Virus record (IMG/VR): IMGVR_UViG_3300016667_000843
Span: 1 to 53,112 of that record
DNA length: 53,112 bases
DNA from: a virus
Lineage: Duplodnaviria; Caudoviricetes
Strand: one strand, 5' to 3'
Shown in pieces: positions 16,495 to 25,762 of the stretch. Position numbers and translations under genes: made by a program. The first letter of the stretch is position 1. The number at the start of each line of letters is the position of its first letter. The notes below the pieces were generated by a model, which did no database searches, had not been told where the DNA came from, and saw nothing but the letters and a program-made list of their open reading frames with translations.

Positions 16495-16812
16495 ATGACA
16501 GATCGTATGGAATTGATTGGTGTGGTTTTGGATCATTCACGGGATATTTTCCGTGTTCGTGTAGATGGCACCGATCAGATTGTAACTGCAAAGCTTTCTG
16601 GTAAGATGCGTCAGAATAAGATTGATTTGCAGGTAGGGGACCGTGTTAAGATGGAAGTGTCTCCTTATGATACGAGCATGGGTCGCATTACTTTCCGTAT
16701 TAGTAGCAGCCGAGAGCAGTATGTTCATAGTGACGATGGTGAGGACCGTCGTGTAGGCGATAATCGTAAGCGTAAGCCTATGCGTCCTCGGACTCGTAGT
16801 GACGAAGACTGA
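16495..16812 (+). CDS. infA: Translation initiation factor IF-1 with a charged C-terminal extension
   Basis: FRV...AKLSGKMRQNKI....GDRVKMEVSPYD...GRITFR. Confidence 0.92.
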   Translation: MTDRMELIGVVLDHSRDIFRVRVDGTDQIVTAKLSGKMRQNKIDLQVGDRVKMEVSPYDTSMGRITFRISSSREQYVHSDDGEDRRVGDNRKRKPMRPRTRSDED

Positions 16813-16846
16813 ACTATATAGTAACTTATATTTGTAAGACAAAGAT

Positions 16847-17368
16847 ATGTCAATCGGACCTGATCTTTCGGGATTTACCCGTGATGAAATTTGTGATGCT
16901 TTGGATGAAGTGCGGCAGCCTGTAAGCATTGCGATTTATGGTTCCAAGAATGAGTTTAATATTGGTGGTATGATTAGAACCGCCCATAACTTCCTTGTGC
17001 GAGATATTCATCTTGTAGAGGTTGAGTGGTTTTATGAGAAGGGTGCGCTATCTACTCTACGATTTGAGAAGCGGCATCTTAAGCGTTGGTCTACGCTTGA
17101 TAGTTTCCTTCACGGAATGAAGAACAGGAATATTGTTTCTTTTGAGAAGCGAGATAATCTAAAGTCTTACGATATTCGTTCTTATCGATATCCAGACAAT
17201 CCTATTCTATTTTTTGGTAGTGAGAAGACAGGTGTTCCTGATTCTATTCTGGAAGCTTCTCATAGCGTTGTTACCATTCCTATTCTTGGATTGAATAACG
17301 ATCACAATGTAAGCATTAGTTGTGGGATTGCTCTATACGATTGGTTTGCAAAGAACTGTAAGGTGTGA
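16847..17368 (+). CDS. SpoU/TrmH (SPOUT) RNA 2'-O-methyltransferase
   Basis: NIGGMIRTA, FFGSEKTGV, IPILG...NVSISCGIALY. Confidence 0.88.
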   Translation: MSIGPDLSGFTRDEICDALDEVRQPVSIAIYGSKNEFNIGGMIRTAHNFLVRDIHLVEVEWFYEKGALSTLRFEKRHLKRWSTLDSFLHGMKNRNIVSFEKRDNLKSYDIRSYRYPDNPILFFGSEKTGVPDSILEASHSVVTIPILGLNNDHNVSISCGIALYDWFAKNCKV

Positions 17369-17400
17369 TTTAGCTCTCCTATTTATAATAGGAGGGTATT

Positions 17401-17640
17401 ATGAGCGAGGAAACGCCAGAATTCTGGGAGTGGGTTAAGAATAAGATACGAGAACGTGAACAGCAACAGCCTCTACAAATAGAGATACAGTTGCCCATCC
17501 CAAGCAATCCTTCTTCAGTAGTCCCCACCAATGGTTCTTACGATATATATGAAGAAGTAGACCACGAAATAAAAAGCGACATATATCAGATGAAAGCCAC
17601 CTCTATGGTGGCTTTTTCTTTTGTGAATTCAACTATTTAG
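17401..17640 (+). CDS. Hypothetical protein
   Basis: Strong SD (GGAGG) held in a hairpin; 79 aa. Confidence 0.55.
   Translation: MSEETPEFWEWVKNKIREREQQQPLQIEIQLPIPSNPSSVVPTNGSYDIYEEVDHEIKSDIYQMKATSMVAFSFVNSTI
17593..17622 (+). terminator. Intrinsic terminator-like hairpin
   Basis: AAAGCCACC/GGTGGCTTT stem plus T tract; overlaps the 3' end of the ORF. Confidence 0.6.
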
Positions 17641-17660
17641 TATTATATTATGAGCGCAGT

Positions 17661-18029
17661 ATGAGCTTTGACGCATTAACAAAAAAAGAAATTGTAGTCC
17701 TGCTGAAAAAAGTGCAGGATATAGCGGCAATGCTCAAAGACATTAATGAAATAATAAACTCGGAATCACGTGATCCAAGTGATCCGGAAGAGAACATTAT
17801 TCAAATAATTCCTGGGGTCTTAAAACAATTTGAGAGAAATCAAAAGACCCCGATGAATATTGTTAACATAGTCACGTTATATGAAAACTGGACACAAGAA
17901 CTCTATTCAGCTACAATTACAAATAAAGGTCATATGCGAAACAAAGCAATCAAGCGTCATATAGGTGAAGCTTATAACATTTGTAAAAGCGTGGAGAACG
18001 TGTTAAAACGGTTAATAGAGAATAATTAA
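17661..18029 (+). CDS. Hypothetical protein
   Basis: 122-aa helical ORF. Confidence 0.6.
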   Translation: MSFDALTKKEIVVLLKKVQDIAAMLKDINEIINSESRDPSDPEENIIQIIPGVLKQFERNQKTPMNIVNIVTLYENWTQELYSATITNKGHMRNKAIKRHIGEAYNICKSVENVLKRLIENN

Positions 18030-18048
18030 CCCAAAAGGATAATAGACA

Positions 18049-18546
18049 ATGCTTAAACTAGAAGACTTATTCATGACTTATGGCGATGCAAAGTATGCTG
18101 AACTCGGCGTATTCATTGACTTACTTCGTGCTCTTTCCCTATTGCACCATACTCACCATTGGCAAACCATGGGTTCACAATTCTACGGAGATCATCTCCT
18201 CTATCAAAGATTATATGAGTTGGCTGATGGTCAGATTGATGGCGTTGGTGAAAAGGCAGTAGGACTTGGTTCTCCAGAACTAGTGGCATCAAAACATTCA
18301 TTAGAGAATATGCGCCGTTATATTGAAGCAATTGAAGATACAGATATGATGGATGCACCAGCTCTTAAAATGGCAAAAAGATCTCTCCTTGCAGAGAAAT
18401 CTTTTATTACAGCCGGTGAGAAACTAATGGATCAACTCAAGAGCAAAGGTTTACTTACAAGAGGAGTTGAACAACTATTGGGAACAATCCTTGACACTCA
18501 TGAAGGCGTTTTGTTCCTTCTTAAGCAAAGAGTTGCTGGCGCTTGA
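18049..18546 (+). CDS. Ferritin/Dps-like protein
   Basis: HHTHHWQTMG..FYGDHLLYQRLY...ID.VGEK, a Dps-type ferroxidase pattern. Confidence 0.8.
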   Translation: MLKLEDLFMTYGDAKYAELGVFIDLLRALSLLHHTHHWQTMGSQFYGDHLLYQRLYELADGQIDGVGEKAVGLGSPELVASKHSLENMRRYIEAIEDTDMMDAPALKMAKRSLLAEKSFITAGEKLMDQLKSKGLLTRGVEQLLGTILDTHEGVLFLLKQRVAGA

Positions 18547-18906
18547 TCAGCGTAACACGTCGCCAGATACAATTTTAATATGTTCTGATGGGAACCAGCC
18601 AACTTGCTGATAATAATCTAGGAATACAGGGAACATATTGACGAAATCATTTGTTCCTCCTAGAGCAGCGGTGGCTGGTACGTTTTGCAGATGTAAAAGC
18701 TGCGATCTGTGAATTTTAAGGGGTGGACCTTGAATAGTACCAGTAGTGCCGGATTTGACACCACCTAACCTTTGAAACTCATATGAACCATCATAACTTT
18801 CTTTAAGTTGACCATTTCCAAGTTTTGATGGACTATATACCGGCAAAACTTCATCTGCTGTATTAATCATTAAACCTGATTTAATTTGAACTCTATCACC
18901 TTTCAT
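18547..18906 (-). CDS. Hypothetical protein coupled to groEL
   Basis: ATG 1 nt after the groEL TGA. Confidence 0.65.
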   Translation of the reverse strand: MKGDRVQIKSGLMINTADEVLPVYSPSKLGNGQLKESYDGSYEFQRLGGVKSGTTGTIQGPPLKIHRSQLLHLQNVPATAALGGTNDFVNMFPVFLDYYQQVGWFPSEHIKIVSGDVLR

Positions 18907-18907
18907 A

Positions 18908-20656
18908 TCAATTCTCCTCTTCATTTACTATTACGGAGTTACAGGATAGAGTTAAGCCAATAACGCTGACTGCGTGCTCAAGTGCATATCTTGTAACCTT
19001 AACTGGATCTATTATACCTTCTGCTACCAAGTCTCCATACGTGCCTTTAGCAGCATTATAACCAAAACGTTTATCTTCTTTTTTAACGTTTTCTTTACTC
19101 TTAAAATGTCTGACGGCAGAAACCAAGTCCTCAACATCAGCATTCTCGATATCTACAAACAAAGTTTTATAACCGGTTTGATTTTGCTTTAGTCTTTCTT
19201 TAATAACATCTGATGAAGCACCTGTGTTATTGACAATTGTATTAAGTGGATACTCGCATACATTTGCAATGATTTCTACGCCAGCAAGTTCATCTTGATT
19301 AAACTTGGAGAAGTTACCCAATCCAGCTAGCTTGTCTCCGATTATAAGTTCCCGGAGATGTTGAGCAGCGTAAAAGAGAGCAGTACCGCCCCCAGGAACA
19401 ATACCTTCTTGCGTAGCGGCCAATGTCGCATTTACAGCATCCTCCACTCTATCTTTCTTTTCCAAAATCTCTACTTCAGTAGAACCACCTACCTTGATTA
19501 CTGCAACGCCACCAGAGAGCCTTGCAAGCCTTTTACGATATTTGTCAACGTGTAGGGCGTCCAAGGTCTTATCTTCAATCAAAGACGTTCTTAAAGCCTT
19601 TATACGGTCTTCTAGAGCGGTCTTACGTTCACCATCTAGATCGCTGATGATAGTAGTTGTATTACGCCCTATAATAACCTTTTTAGCTGAACCAAGATGA
19701 TTAAGATTTGCCTTTTTAAGAGTCAAATCAGTTGTGGCATTAAATACGGTGCCGCCTGTTAAGGTTTGAATATCTGAAAGGATATCAGCACGATGTTCAC
19801 CATAGCTTGGAGCCTTAATAGCACAAACCTTTACAACACCCTTTGTCTTATTGACGATAAGAGTGTGAAGTGCTTCGCCTTCTACATCATCTGCGACAAT
19901 AAGAAGTGGACGTGAAGTTTTAAGAACGCCTTCCAACAATCCAATAATATCCTGTATAGAGGATATCTTGTTAGGTGTCATTAGAATATATGGGTTCTCG
20001 AGCTCGCAAGTTGCACGTTCTGAATTTGTAATAAAGAATGGTGAAACGTAGCCGCTATCTAATTGCATACCTTCAACGATATCGAGTGTTGTTTCAACGC
20101 TCTTTGCTGGTTCTACTGTTATGATGCCGTCGTTACCGACACGCTCAATTGCAGTAGCTAATAGTTCGCCAATAGAACGATCGCCATTGGCAGAAATGGT
20201 TCCAACGTTTACAATATCTTCTTTTGAAGAAAGAGGAATAGCAGTCTGTTTAAGATGTTTTACAACAATATCAACCGCATAGTCCATTCCTTTTTTGATA
20301 TCGATAGCAGAACGTCCTGTAGAGATCATCTTAAGACCTTCTGTAAAGATAGCATGACCTAATACAGTAGCAGTAGTAGTTCCATCACCTGCAATATCAT
20401 TTGTTTTAGAAGCAACTTCCTTAAGGAGTTCAGCTCCCATAGACTGAAGCTTGTCTTTAAGATTTATTGATTTAGCTACAGTTACTCCGTCTTTTGTTAT
20501 AAGTGGAGGTCCGGTTTCCATATCGATAATGACAGAGTGACCGGATGGACCCATTGTAGAAGCTACAGCATTCGCAAGGACTGTAGCTCCTTTATATAGT
20601 TCTTCATGGGCTTTAGGAAAGAAAACAACTCGTTGACTGGGAGGTTGATTGCTCAT
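18908..20656 (-). CDS. groEL: Chaperonin GroEL
   Basis: TMGPSG, ITKDGVTVAK, AGDGTTTATV, EGMQLDSGY, LARLSGGVAVIKVGG, EGIVPGGG, GIIDPVKV. Confidence 0.97.
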   Translation of the reverse strand: MSNQPPSQRVVFFPKAHEELYKGATVLANAVASTMGPSGHSVIIDMETGPPLITKDGVTVAKSINLKDKLQSMGAELLKEVASKTNDIAGDGTTTATVLGHAIFTEGLKMISTGRSAIDIKKGMDYAVDIVVKHLKQTAIPLSSKEDIVNVGTISANGDRSIGELLATAIERVGNDGIITVEPAKSVETTLDIVEGMQLDSGYVSPFFITNSERATCELENPYILMTPNKISSIQDIIGLLEGVLKTSRPLLIVADDVEGEALHTLIVNKTKGVVKVCAIKAPSYGEHRADILSDIQTLTGGTVFNATTDLTLKKANLNHLGSAKKVIIGRNTTTIISDLDGERKTALEDRIKALRTSLIEDKTLDALHVDKYRKRLARLSGGVAVIKVGGSTEVEILEKKDRVEDAVNATLAATQEGIVPGGGTALFYAAQHLRELIIGDKLAGLGNFSKFNQDELAGVEIIANVCEYPLNTIVNNTGASSDVIKERLKQNQTGYKTLFVDIENADVEDLVSAVRHFKSKENVKKEDKRFGYNAAKGTYGDLVAEGIIDPVKVTRYALEHAVSVIGLTLSCNSVIVNEEEN

Positions 20657-21225
20657 GTTCTAATATTGACCTTTACTACTTGACCACCAGGCAATTGGAT
20701 TTCTTCTTGATCGATTAGTTCGCCTGGATTATTTTGTTCTTCAGACATTGCAGCTATGAGCTTATTACGTGCTTCTTTAGCAGCTTGTGCTTTTGACAAA
20801 CCAGAAGCTTTTTTCTTTGGCTCTGGTGAATTAGAGGAAGTTATATCTTCTTCTATTAAAGAGTTTGGATCAATTTTATCTTCTTCACGATATTGTTCAG
20901 CTATTTTTGTTTTTGAACCATACCATACAGCGGCTCTTTTTTCCGCATCTTCAACTATAGCATTAACAAATTGATCTAATCTTTGTTTCAGGACAGACTG
21001 AACTTCATCTAATGTTGCATAGAGTTCGCCATCTAGACGTTTTGAATCAATTATCTTTTCTTTTCCTGTTGGTCCAACAGAAACTTTCCAAGAAGTTTCG
21101 TTGCCATCAAGTTTTTTTATTGTAACTTCTTCTACAACAATAGCTGGAATAATCTTTTGTGCCTTATTTGAAAGCACATAGATTATTTGACCTATTTGTA
21201 GGGTACTATTTTGTCCAATTGGCAT
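20653..21225 (-). CDS. Hypothetical protein
   Basis: ATGA overlap with the groEL start. Confidence 0.7.
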   Translation of the reverse strand: MPIGQNSTLQIGQIIYVLSNKAQKIIPAIVVEEVTIKKLDGNETSWKVSVGPTGKEKIIDSKRLDGELYATLDEVQSVLKQRLDQFVNAIVEDAEKRAAVWYGSKTKIAEQYREEDKIDPNSLIEEDITSSNSPEPKKKASGLSKAQAAKEARNKLIAAMSEEQNNPGELIDQEEIQLPGGQVVKVNIRT

Positions 21226-21234
21226 TTAATCAAC

Positions 21235-21423
21235 TCACTTGCGAACTGCTTTAATCATTTCTTCCGTAAGAACTAAAACAACATCTTGCTCTCCGGTTTT
21301 GCGTTCATAGGCTGAAAGATCTAGGTTTTGTAACTGTGTACGTAATTTTAGATTATTAACGTGACCACCATAGTTTTCATATATGTTGATTAGTTTTTCA
21401 ATAACGTTTGGATGTAACTTCAT
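21235..21423 (-). CDS. Hypothetical protein
   Basis: Coupled in the minus-strand operon. Confidence 0.6.
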   Translation of the reverse strand: MKLHPNVIEKLINIYENYGGHVNNLKLRTQLQNLDLSAYERKTGEQDVVLVLTEEMIKAVRK

Positions 21424-21878
21424 TGCATCTTCTCCTTTGTCTTCTTTTCTAATTCTTGAGCTACAAGCTCTCTCTTCTCTATCTTCTCTTTTTCGGCTTC
21501 GTCCTTGATGATAGAAACCTGGAACATTACTTTGTCCAAAATCTTTTGACCTTCTTGTTTTGCAACTTGAAGTGGTTTCATACCAAGCGCAACACGAATT
21601 TGATCATTTAATTCTGGTGAGAGTCTATCTTTAAGATATTCCATATCAACATACTTGTGTGGAATTTGATCAACGATTGCAACTTCTCTTCCACGATCAT
21701 CTGGCTCTGTCTCTCCGGTGTGCTTGTATTCAAAAATGAAAAGCATTGGAGGCATCTGTCCTTCTTTTTGAACTTCAATGTATGGCATTGAAATGCCCTT
21801 GTCATTCTTACCAGAAGGTTCTTCATAAAGAATAACTGGTAACTGTGGTTGCTTATTTACTGCTTTAGCTGTGCTCAT
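21420..21878 (-). CDS. Hypothetical protein
   Basis: Coupled in the minus-strand operon. Confidence 0.7.
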   Translation of the reverse strand: MSTAKAVNKQPQLPVILYEEPSGKNDKGISMPYIEVQKEGQMPPMLFIFEYKHTGETEPDDRGREVAIVDQIPHKYVDMEYLKDRLSPELNDQIRVALGMKPLQVAKQEGQKILDKVMFQVSIIKDEAEKEKIEKRELVAQELEKKTKEKMQ

Positions 21879-22144
21879 ATACTTTCTTTCTCTTCCAAGA
21901 TATCAACGAACGTATCGAAGGTATCCTTATAGGAAACCTTCTTCTTGATCTTAACAGTTCTCATAGCCGCCTGTAAGGTCTTTACATCAAGGCGGTCACT
22001 ATACTCTTCAAGTAGCTCTTTCTGGCTTTCTTTGAGAAGAGTAATCTCGTTTTCTATATTCTTAAAACGGTCAACAAACTCCGAGACAAGTGCGGTAAGC
22101 GCACCAATTTCATCGGGTTGACGTTCTGCTCCATCTAATGCCAT
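21875..22144 (-). CDS. GapR/DUF2312- or T4 DsbA-like small dsDNA-binding protein
   Basis: FVDRFKNIENEI..LKE..KELLEE...LDVKTL..AMR; 89 aa; SD GGAG. Confidence 0.65.
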   Translation of the reverse strand: MALDGAERQPDEIGALTALVSEFVDRFKNIENEITLLKESQKELLEEYSDRLDVKTLQAAMRTVKIKKKVSYKDTFDTFVDILEEKESI

Positions 22145-22217
22145 ATAATATCACTCCTTTTTTGAAAGAGGATAATAGCATCTTATTTATTTGGATGAAA
22201 AAACAGAGTTATGGTTT

Positions 22218-23507
22218 TCAAGATGCCATAGCTTCAATTCGCTTTTTACTTTGATTAACAATAGCCTTAAGTCCAGTAGGATTCATCTTTTCTAATTGTT
22301 CTAACTGTTCTATATAAGGTTTTTTAACGATTGAACGTAAGGTACCTGTTATCTCTTTAGCGCCTTCCGGATCATTTAACATTTTTTCTTTTTCAACAGG
22401 ATCTTTAATCCCCTTCTCTTCCATGAATTTGTCTATTTGCGGTTTGAAGTTTGTTTTCAAATAATTCATATCAAATTTCGAAATAGCTTTGGCGGCGGCG
22501 TCAACAATTTCAGTTGCCAAAACTAGTTGTCCAGATTTTGCTTTTGGACTATTATTCATTTTCTGCTGTGCAATAGAACTGGATAGGTATGCCTTAAGTC
22601 CGTTGATGTTATTAACAAAGCTACTTGCCCAATTTGCACCTTCTTTTGTCTGCATGAAGGTTTTTACTTTAACATCTAATGGATCAATCTGTTGTTGTGG
22701 TTGTTGTGGTTGTTGTTGTTGTTCTCTTAAAGTTTCTGATACTACTTCACTGACAACTGAATTGAGTTCATTTTCTGTAAGTCCAGGGAATTGACCTTGC
22801 AGTTCTTTAAATAATGATTTGCGAATTCTTTTTAAATCTTCTGGGTTTTCCGGATTTAAACCAAACCCTGGCATTAGATTTTTAAAAAGTTCGTCTGCTT
22901 TTCTATTGTAAGATTTTTTTTGATTATCAGTTGGTACTAAAGCGTCATATACATTTGAAGCTCCTGCTAAACTTTTATCAACAAGTTCTGTACCAACTAC
23001 TAAACCTGGAGCTGCAAGAAATAAAGCAAAGTTAAAGTCTGGACCTTCGAATATTTCTTCATTGTTTTTAATAACATCAGAATAAGTGCTGTCTAATTTT
23101 TCAAGCTTATTTTCTATTTTTTCTCTATCGCTATCTGCCATCTCTAATATGTTATCATAATCGTCTGGCTTTATGAATGGAACAATTGTCCATAATAAGC
23201 TTTTCCAAAACAGCTTATGCTCTCCACCTATTTTTGTTCCTATGCTGCGTAATCCATAAACTGCTGTATCGACTGCATTCTTAACCGAATCAAAACCAAA
23301 CAATCTAGCAAAGTCTGATTTAGTTAAAAAATCTGTCATGCTTTTTGATGGTGCTCCTGGTTCTGAATATCCTCCAACCATTACACCGGCATCACTATAA
23401 TCACCATAATCATCCTGTTCTTTAAGAACTTTTGACAGATGGAGATTGATATATTCTCTTAAGAGAGCTCGTTCACGTATCTTCTTTATTTTTTCTTTTG
23501 AGTGCAT
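22218..23507 (-). CDS. Hypothetical protein with LLREYI motif and Q/P repeat (candidate internal head protein)
   Basis: ALLREYINLHL..VLKEQ; LREQQQQPQQPQQQ. Confidence 0.7.
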   Translation of the reverse strand: MHSKEKIKKIRERALLREYINLHLSKVLKEQDDYGDYSDAGVMVGGYSEPGAPSKSMTDFLTKSDFARLFGFDSVKNAVDTAVYGLRSIGTKIGGEHKLFWKSLLWTIVPFIKPDDYDNILEMADSDREKIENKLEKLDSTYSDVIKNNEEIFEGPDFNFALFLAAPGLVVGTELVDKSLAGASNVYDALVPTDNQKKSYNRKADELFKNLMPGFGLNPENPEDLKRIRKSLFKELQGQFPGLTENELNSVVSEVVSETLREQQQQPQQPQQQIDPLDVKVKTFMQTKEGANWASSFVNNINGLKAYLSSSIAQQKMNNSPKAKSGQLVLATEIVDAAAKAISKFDMNYLKTNFKPQIDKFMEEKGIKDPVEKEKMLNDPEGAKEITGTLRSIVKKPYIEQLEQLEKMNPTGLKAIVNQSKKRIEAMAS

Positions 23508-23847
23508 TTTTTTGTCTCTCTTTATTGTATTTCTTAAGACCCCAACCCCTACGGTGTCTTACCCATTCCGGATTGTGTATAAGGTTATCAGATATTCTTA
23601 ACTCTTTGCCTGTCTCGGTCTTCCAATACTCTATCACGAGTTTTTCAAAATCATTTAGGGAATGTTTCTTTGTTGAATAATGCCTGCGGGAGAAATAATG
23701 CCGATATTCATTTGTTAATAACCACAATATTTCTTTTTTAACTGCCAACCAATCCTCGGACTCATTGGCATATTGCATTACATAATTAATCACTTCCCAA
23801 ATCTTATCCGGTATTGCCTCATATTTATTCGTGTTCGTAATATCCAT
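23473..23847 (-). CDS. Hypothetical protein
   Basis: ATG at 23847; overlaps the next ORF. Confidence 0.6.
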   Translation of the reverse strand: MDITNTNKYEAIPDKIWEVINYVMQYANESEDWLAVKKEILWLLTNEYRHYFSRRHYSTKKHSLNDFEKLVIEYWKTETGKELRISDNLIHNPEWVRHRRGWGLKKYNKERQKNALKRKNKEDT

Positions 23848-23887
23848 AAATAGTTTGTGGAACCCTACCAATTAGAGAAGGTTATAC

Positions 23888-24448
23888 ATGAAAAGTGCTC
23901 GTAGAACAATTGGTCTTATTGCTGGCGGATTCAAACCCTTTACTGCTGGTCATTATAATTTAGTTCAAAAAGCCTCAAGTGAATGTGACGAGGTTAAACT
24001 TTTTGTTTCAGTTGGAGATAGAAAGCGTGAAGGAGAACTTCCTCTTACCTGGGCACAGATGCAACCGGTTTGGAATGAATACCTTGAGCCTGCGATTACA
24101 AAGCTTGGTAACGTTGATGTTGTATATGTTCGAACACCAATACGTTCTATCATGGAACTATTAATTGATGCAAATGCAGATACAAGCAATTATAACAGTT
24201 ATTATGTTTATTCAGATCCGGAAGATGCAGAAAGCAACTATTCTGAACAAAGTCAAATGAGATATTGGCCTCGTCTTGCAGAGAATGATCAATTTGAAAT
24301 AAAGATCGTTGATCGTGGTGAGACAGGCGGTATCTCTGGAACTGTTATGCGTAAAGCCTTGGCTCAAGGCAAAAAGAAAGCATTTATAGCGGGATTACCA
24401 GAGCCAGTTAGACTCTATGGTCCCGCCATATTCGATATGCTTACTTGA
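23888..24448 (+). CDS. Cytidylyltransferase-like (HIGH superfamily) protein
   Basis: GGFKPFTAGH and ISGTVMRKAL motifs. Confidence 0.8.
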   Translation: MKSARRTIGLIAGGFKPFTAGHYNLVQKASSECDEVKLFVSVGDRKREGELPLTWAQMQPVWNEYLEPAITKLGNVDVVYVRTPIRSIMELLIDANADTSNYNSYYVYSDPEDAESNYSEQSQMRYWPRLAENDQFEIKIVDRGETGGISGTVMRKALAQGKKKAFIAGLPEPVRLYGPAIFDMLT

Positions 24449-24463
24449 TATACAAGTTTAACT

Positions 24464-25729
24464 TCATTCGTTTGGAGCAAACTCCGGAGCGTCTACTATC
24501 TTCGAACTTTCTCCTTCAGTAACTTCAACGTTATCTAATTGAAATTGTTCTATTTCGGAGCCTATTTCTTGCGTTTCGGTTTCTTCTAGTAGATATGTTA
24601 AGATTTTTGTGAGATTAGAATTCATATTATTTTCTTTAAGCTTTATTTTGTTTTCTGCTTCTGCTTCTGCTTGTATTCCGGCGATCATATCTTCACGTGA
24701 AGCCCAATAATCAAGTGGTAAATTGTTAACATCATAAAAATTGTAGTAAGATGAAGCTAATGCCATGACACCTTCTTTGGAATCAATACTGTGCATGGTT
24801 TCTGGCAAATTTGTTTTAGATTGAAAGCGAAGTCTGCCTTGAGCCCGAATTCCAATTCCTTTTCTTCCACTTTTACTGCCCCCTGCTCCTGGTCGGATCT
24901 CAATGGTGTATTTTGCTTTTATTTTATGCAAAGCGGATTTATCGATAATGGATACTCCAATGTTGCTTAAACCATATGGATCTTCAGTTCCTAAACAATA
25001 TAGTCCGCCACCAGAAGCTGTTCCATCATTAGCAACATCTGGACCAATTTGTACATAGTAAACGTTTTTATTGTTATAGAAGCTTGTCCAAATTGTTACA
25101 TCGGCATCGATTTTTGCATTCAATGGTCTGATCAAATTTTGTTTTTGAGCCTCTGTCCAAGCTTCTTTTGTGCAATTTAAAGGAAACTTTTTTTCTGGAG
25201 CGTTGAACCCTAACGCTTTTTCTTTTTCGATAATAAAATTGAAAAGTTTATCCCATGGTGAATCTGCTGCACCAGGACCACTTTCAATAAACCATTTGCT
25301 TATAAGTTTTTTAATAGCGTTAATGATTTTATTATCCATTCCGGATGCATCTTTAATGACTTTGATTTGATCAACAGAACCGCCAGCTACTGAAAATGAA
25401 GTTCCTCCTAATTGTGCAGCTCTGTTTAGTTTTGCTTCGACATTTATTGGACCGACAAGTCCAACAATTTTTTTATTCTTTCTAACTGGCAAAACAAGAT
25501 CAGCATCTGCCCGAGAACTATCATTTCCAGCCGGGGTTGTATATAAACCTTGTAAACTTAATCCACCAAAGTTTGCTGCTGCGATTGAATTGAATATTTT
25601 AAGTTCATATTCTTTTCCTTTGTCGCCCCCGCCTGCTTCTTGAATGCCGTCTACTTCTAATATGTTTTCAAAAAGTAACTTTTCTAAATTTGACTTTTTA
25701 TTCACTTTGGACACTCCACTCATTTTCAC
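24464..25729 (-). CDS. Putative PD-(D/E)xK nuclease-fold protein
   Basis: G..YE...ADADL...NVEAK pattern; acidic termini with LxE motifs. Confidence 0.5.
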   Translation of the reverse strand: MKMSGVSKVNKKSNLEKLLFENILEVDGIQEAGGGDKGKEYELKIFNSIAAANFGGLSLQGLYTTPAGNDSSRADADLVLPVRKNKKIVGLVGPINVEAKLNRAAQLGGTSFSVAGGSVDQIKVIKDASGMDNKIINAIKKLISKWFIESGPGAADSPWDKLFNFIIEKEKALGFNAPEKKFPLNCTKEAWTEAQKQNLIRPLNAKIDADVTIWTSFYNNKNVYYVQIGPDVANDGTASGGGLYCLGTEDPYGLSNIGVSIIDKSALHKIKAKYTIEIRPGAGGSKSGRKGIGIRAQGRLRFQSKTNLPETMHSIDSKEGVMALASSYYNFYDVNNLPLDYWASREDMIAGIQAEAEAENKIKLKENNMNSNLTKILTYLLEETETQEIGSEIEQFQLDNVEVTEGESSKIVDAPEFAPNE

Positions 25730-25762
25730 TCAATAATTACAATCACGAAGAGGTAAATCACA

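Noticed and set aside
22690-22722. GTT/GTG microsatellite as a functional DNA repeat
   Set aside because: It is explained by the Gln/Pro low-complexity linker of the minus-strand protein.
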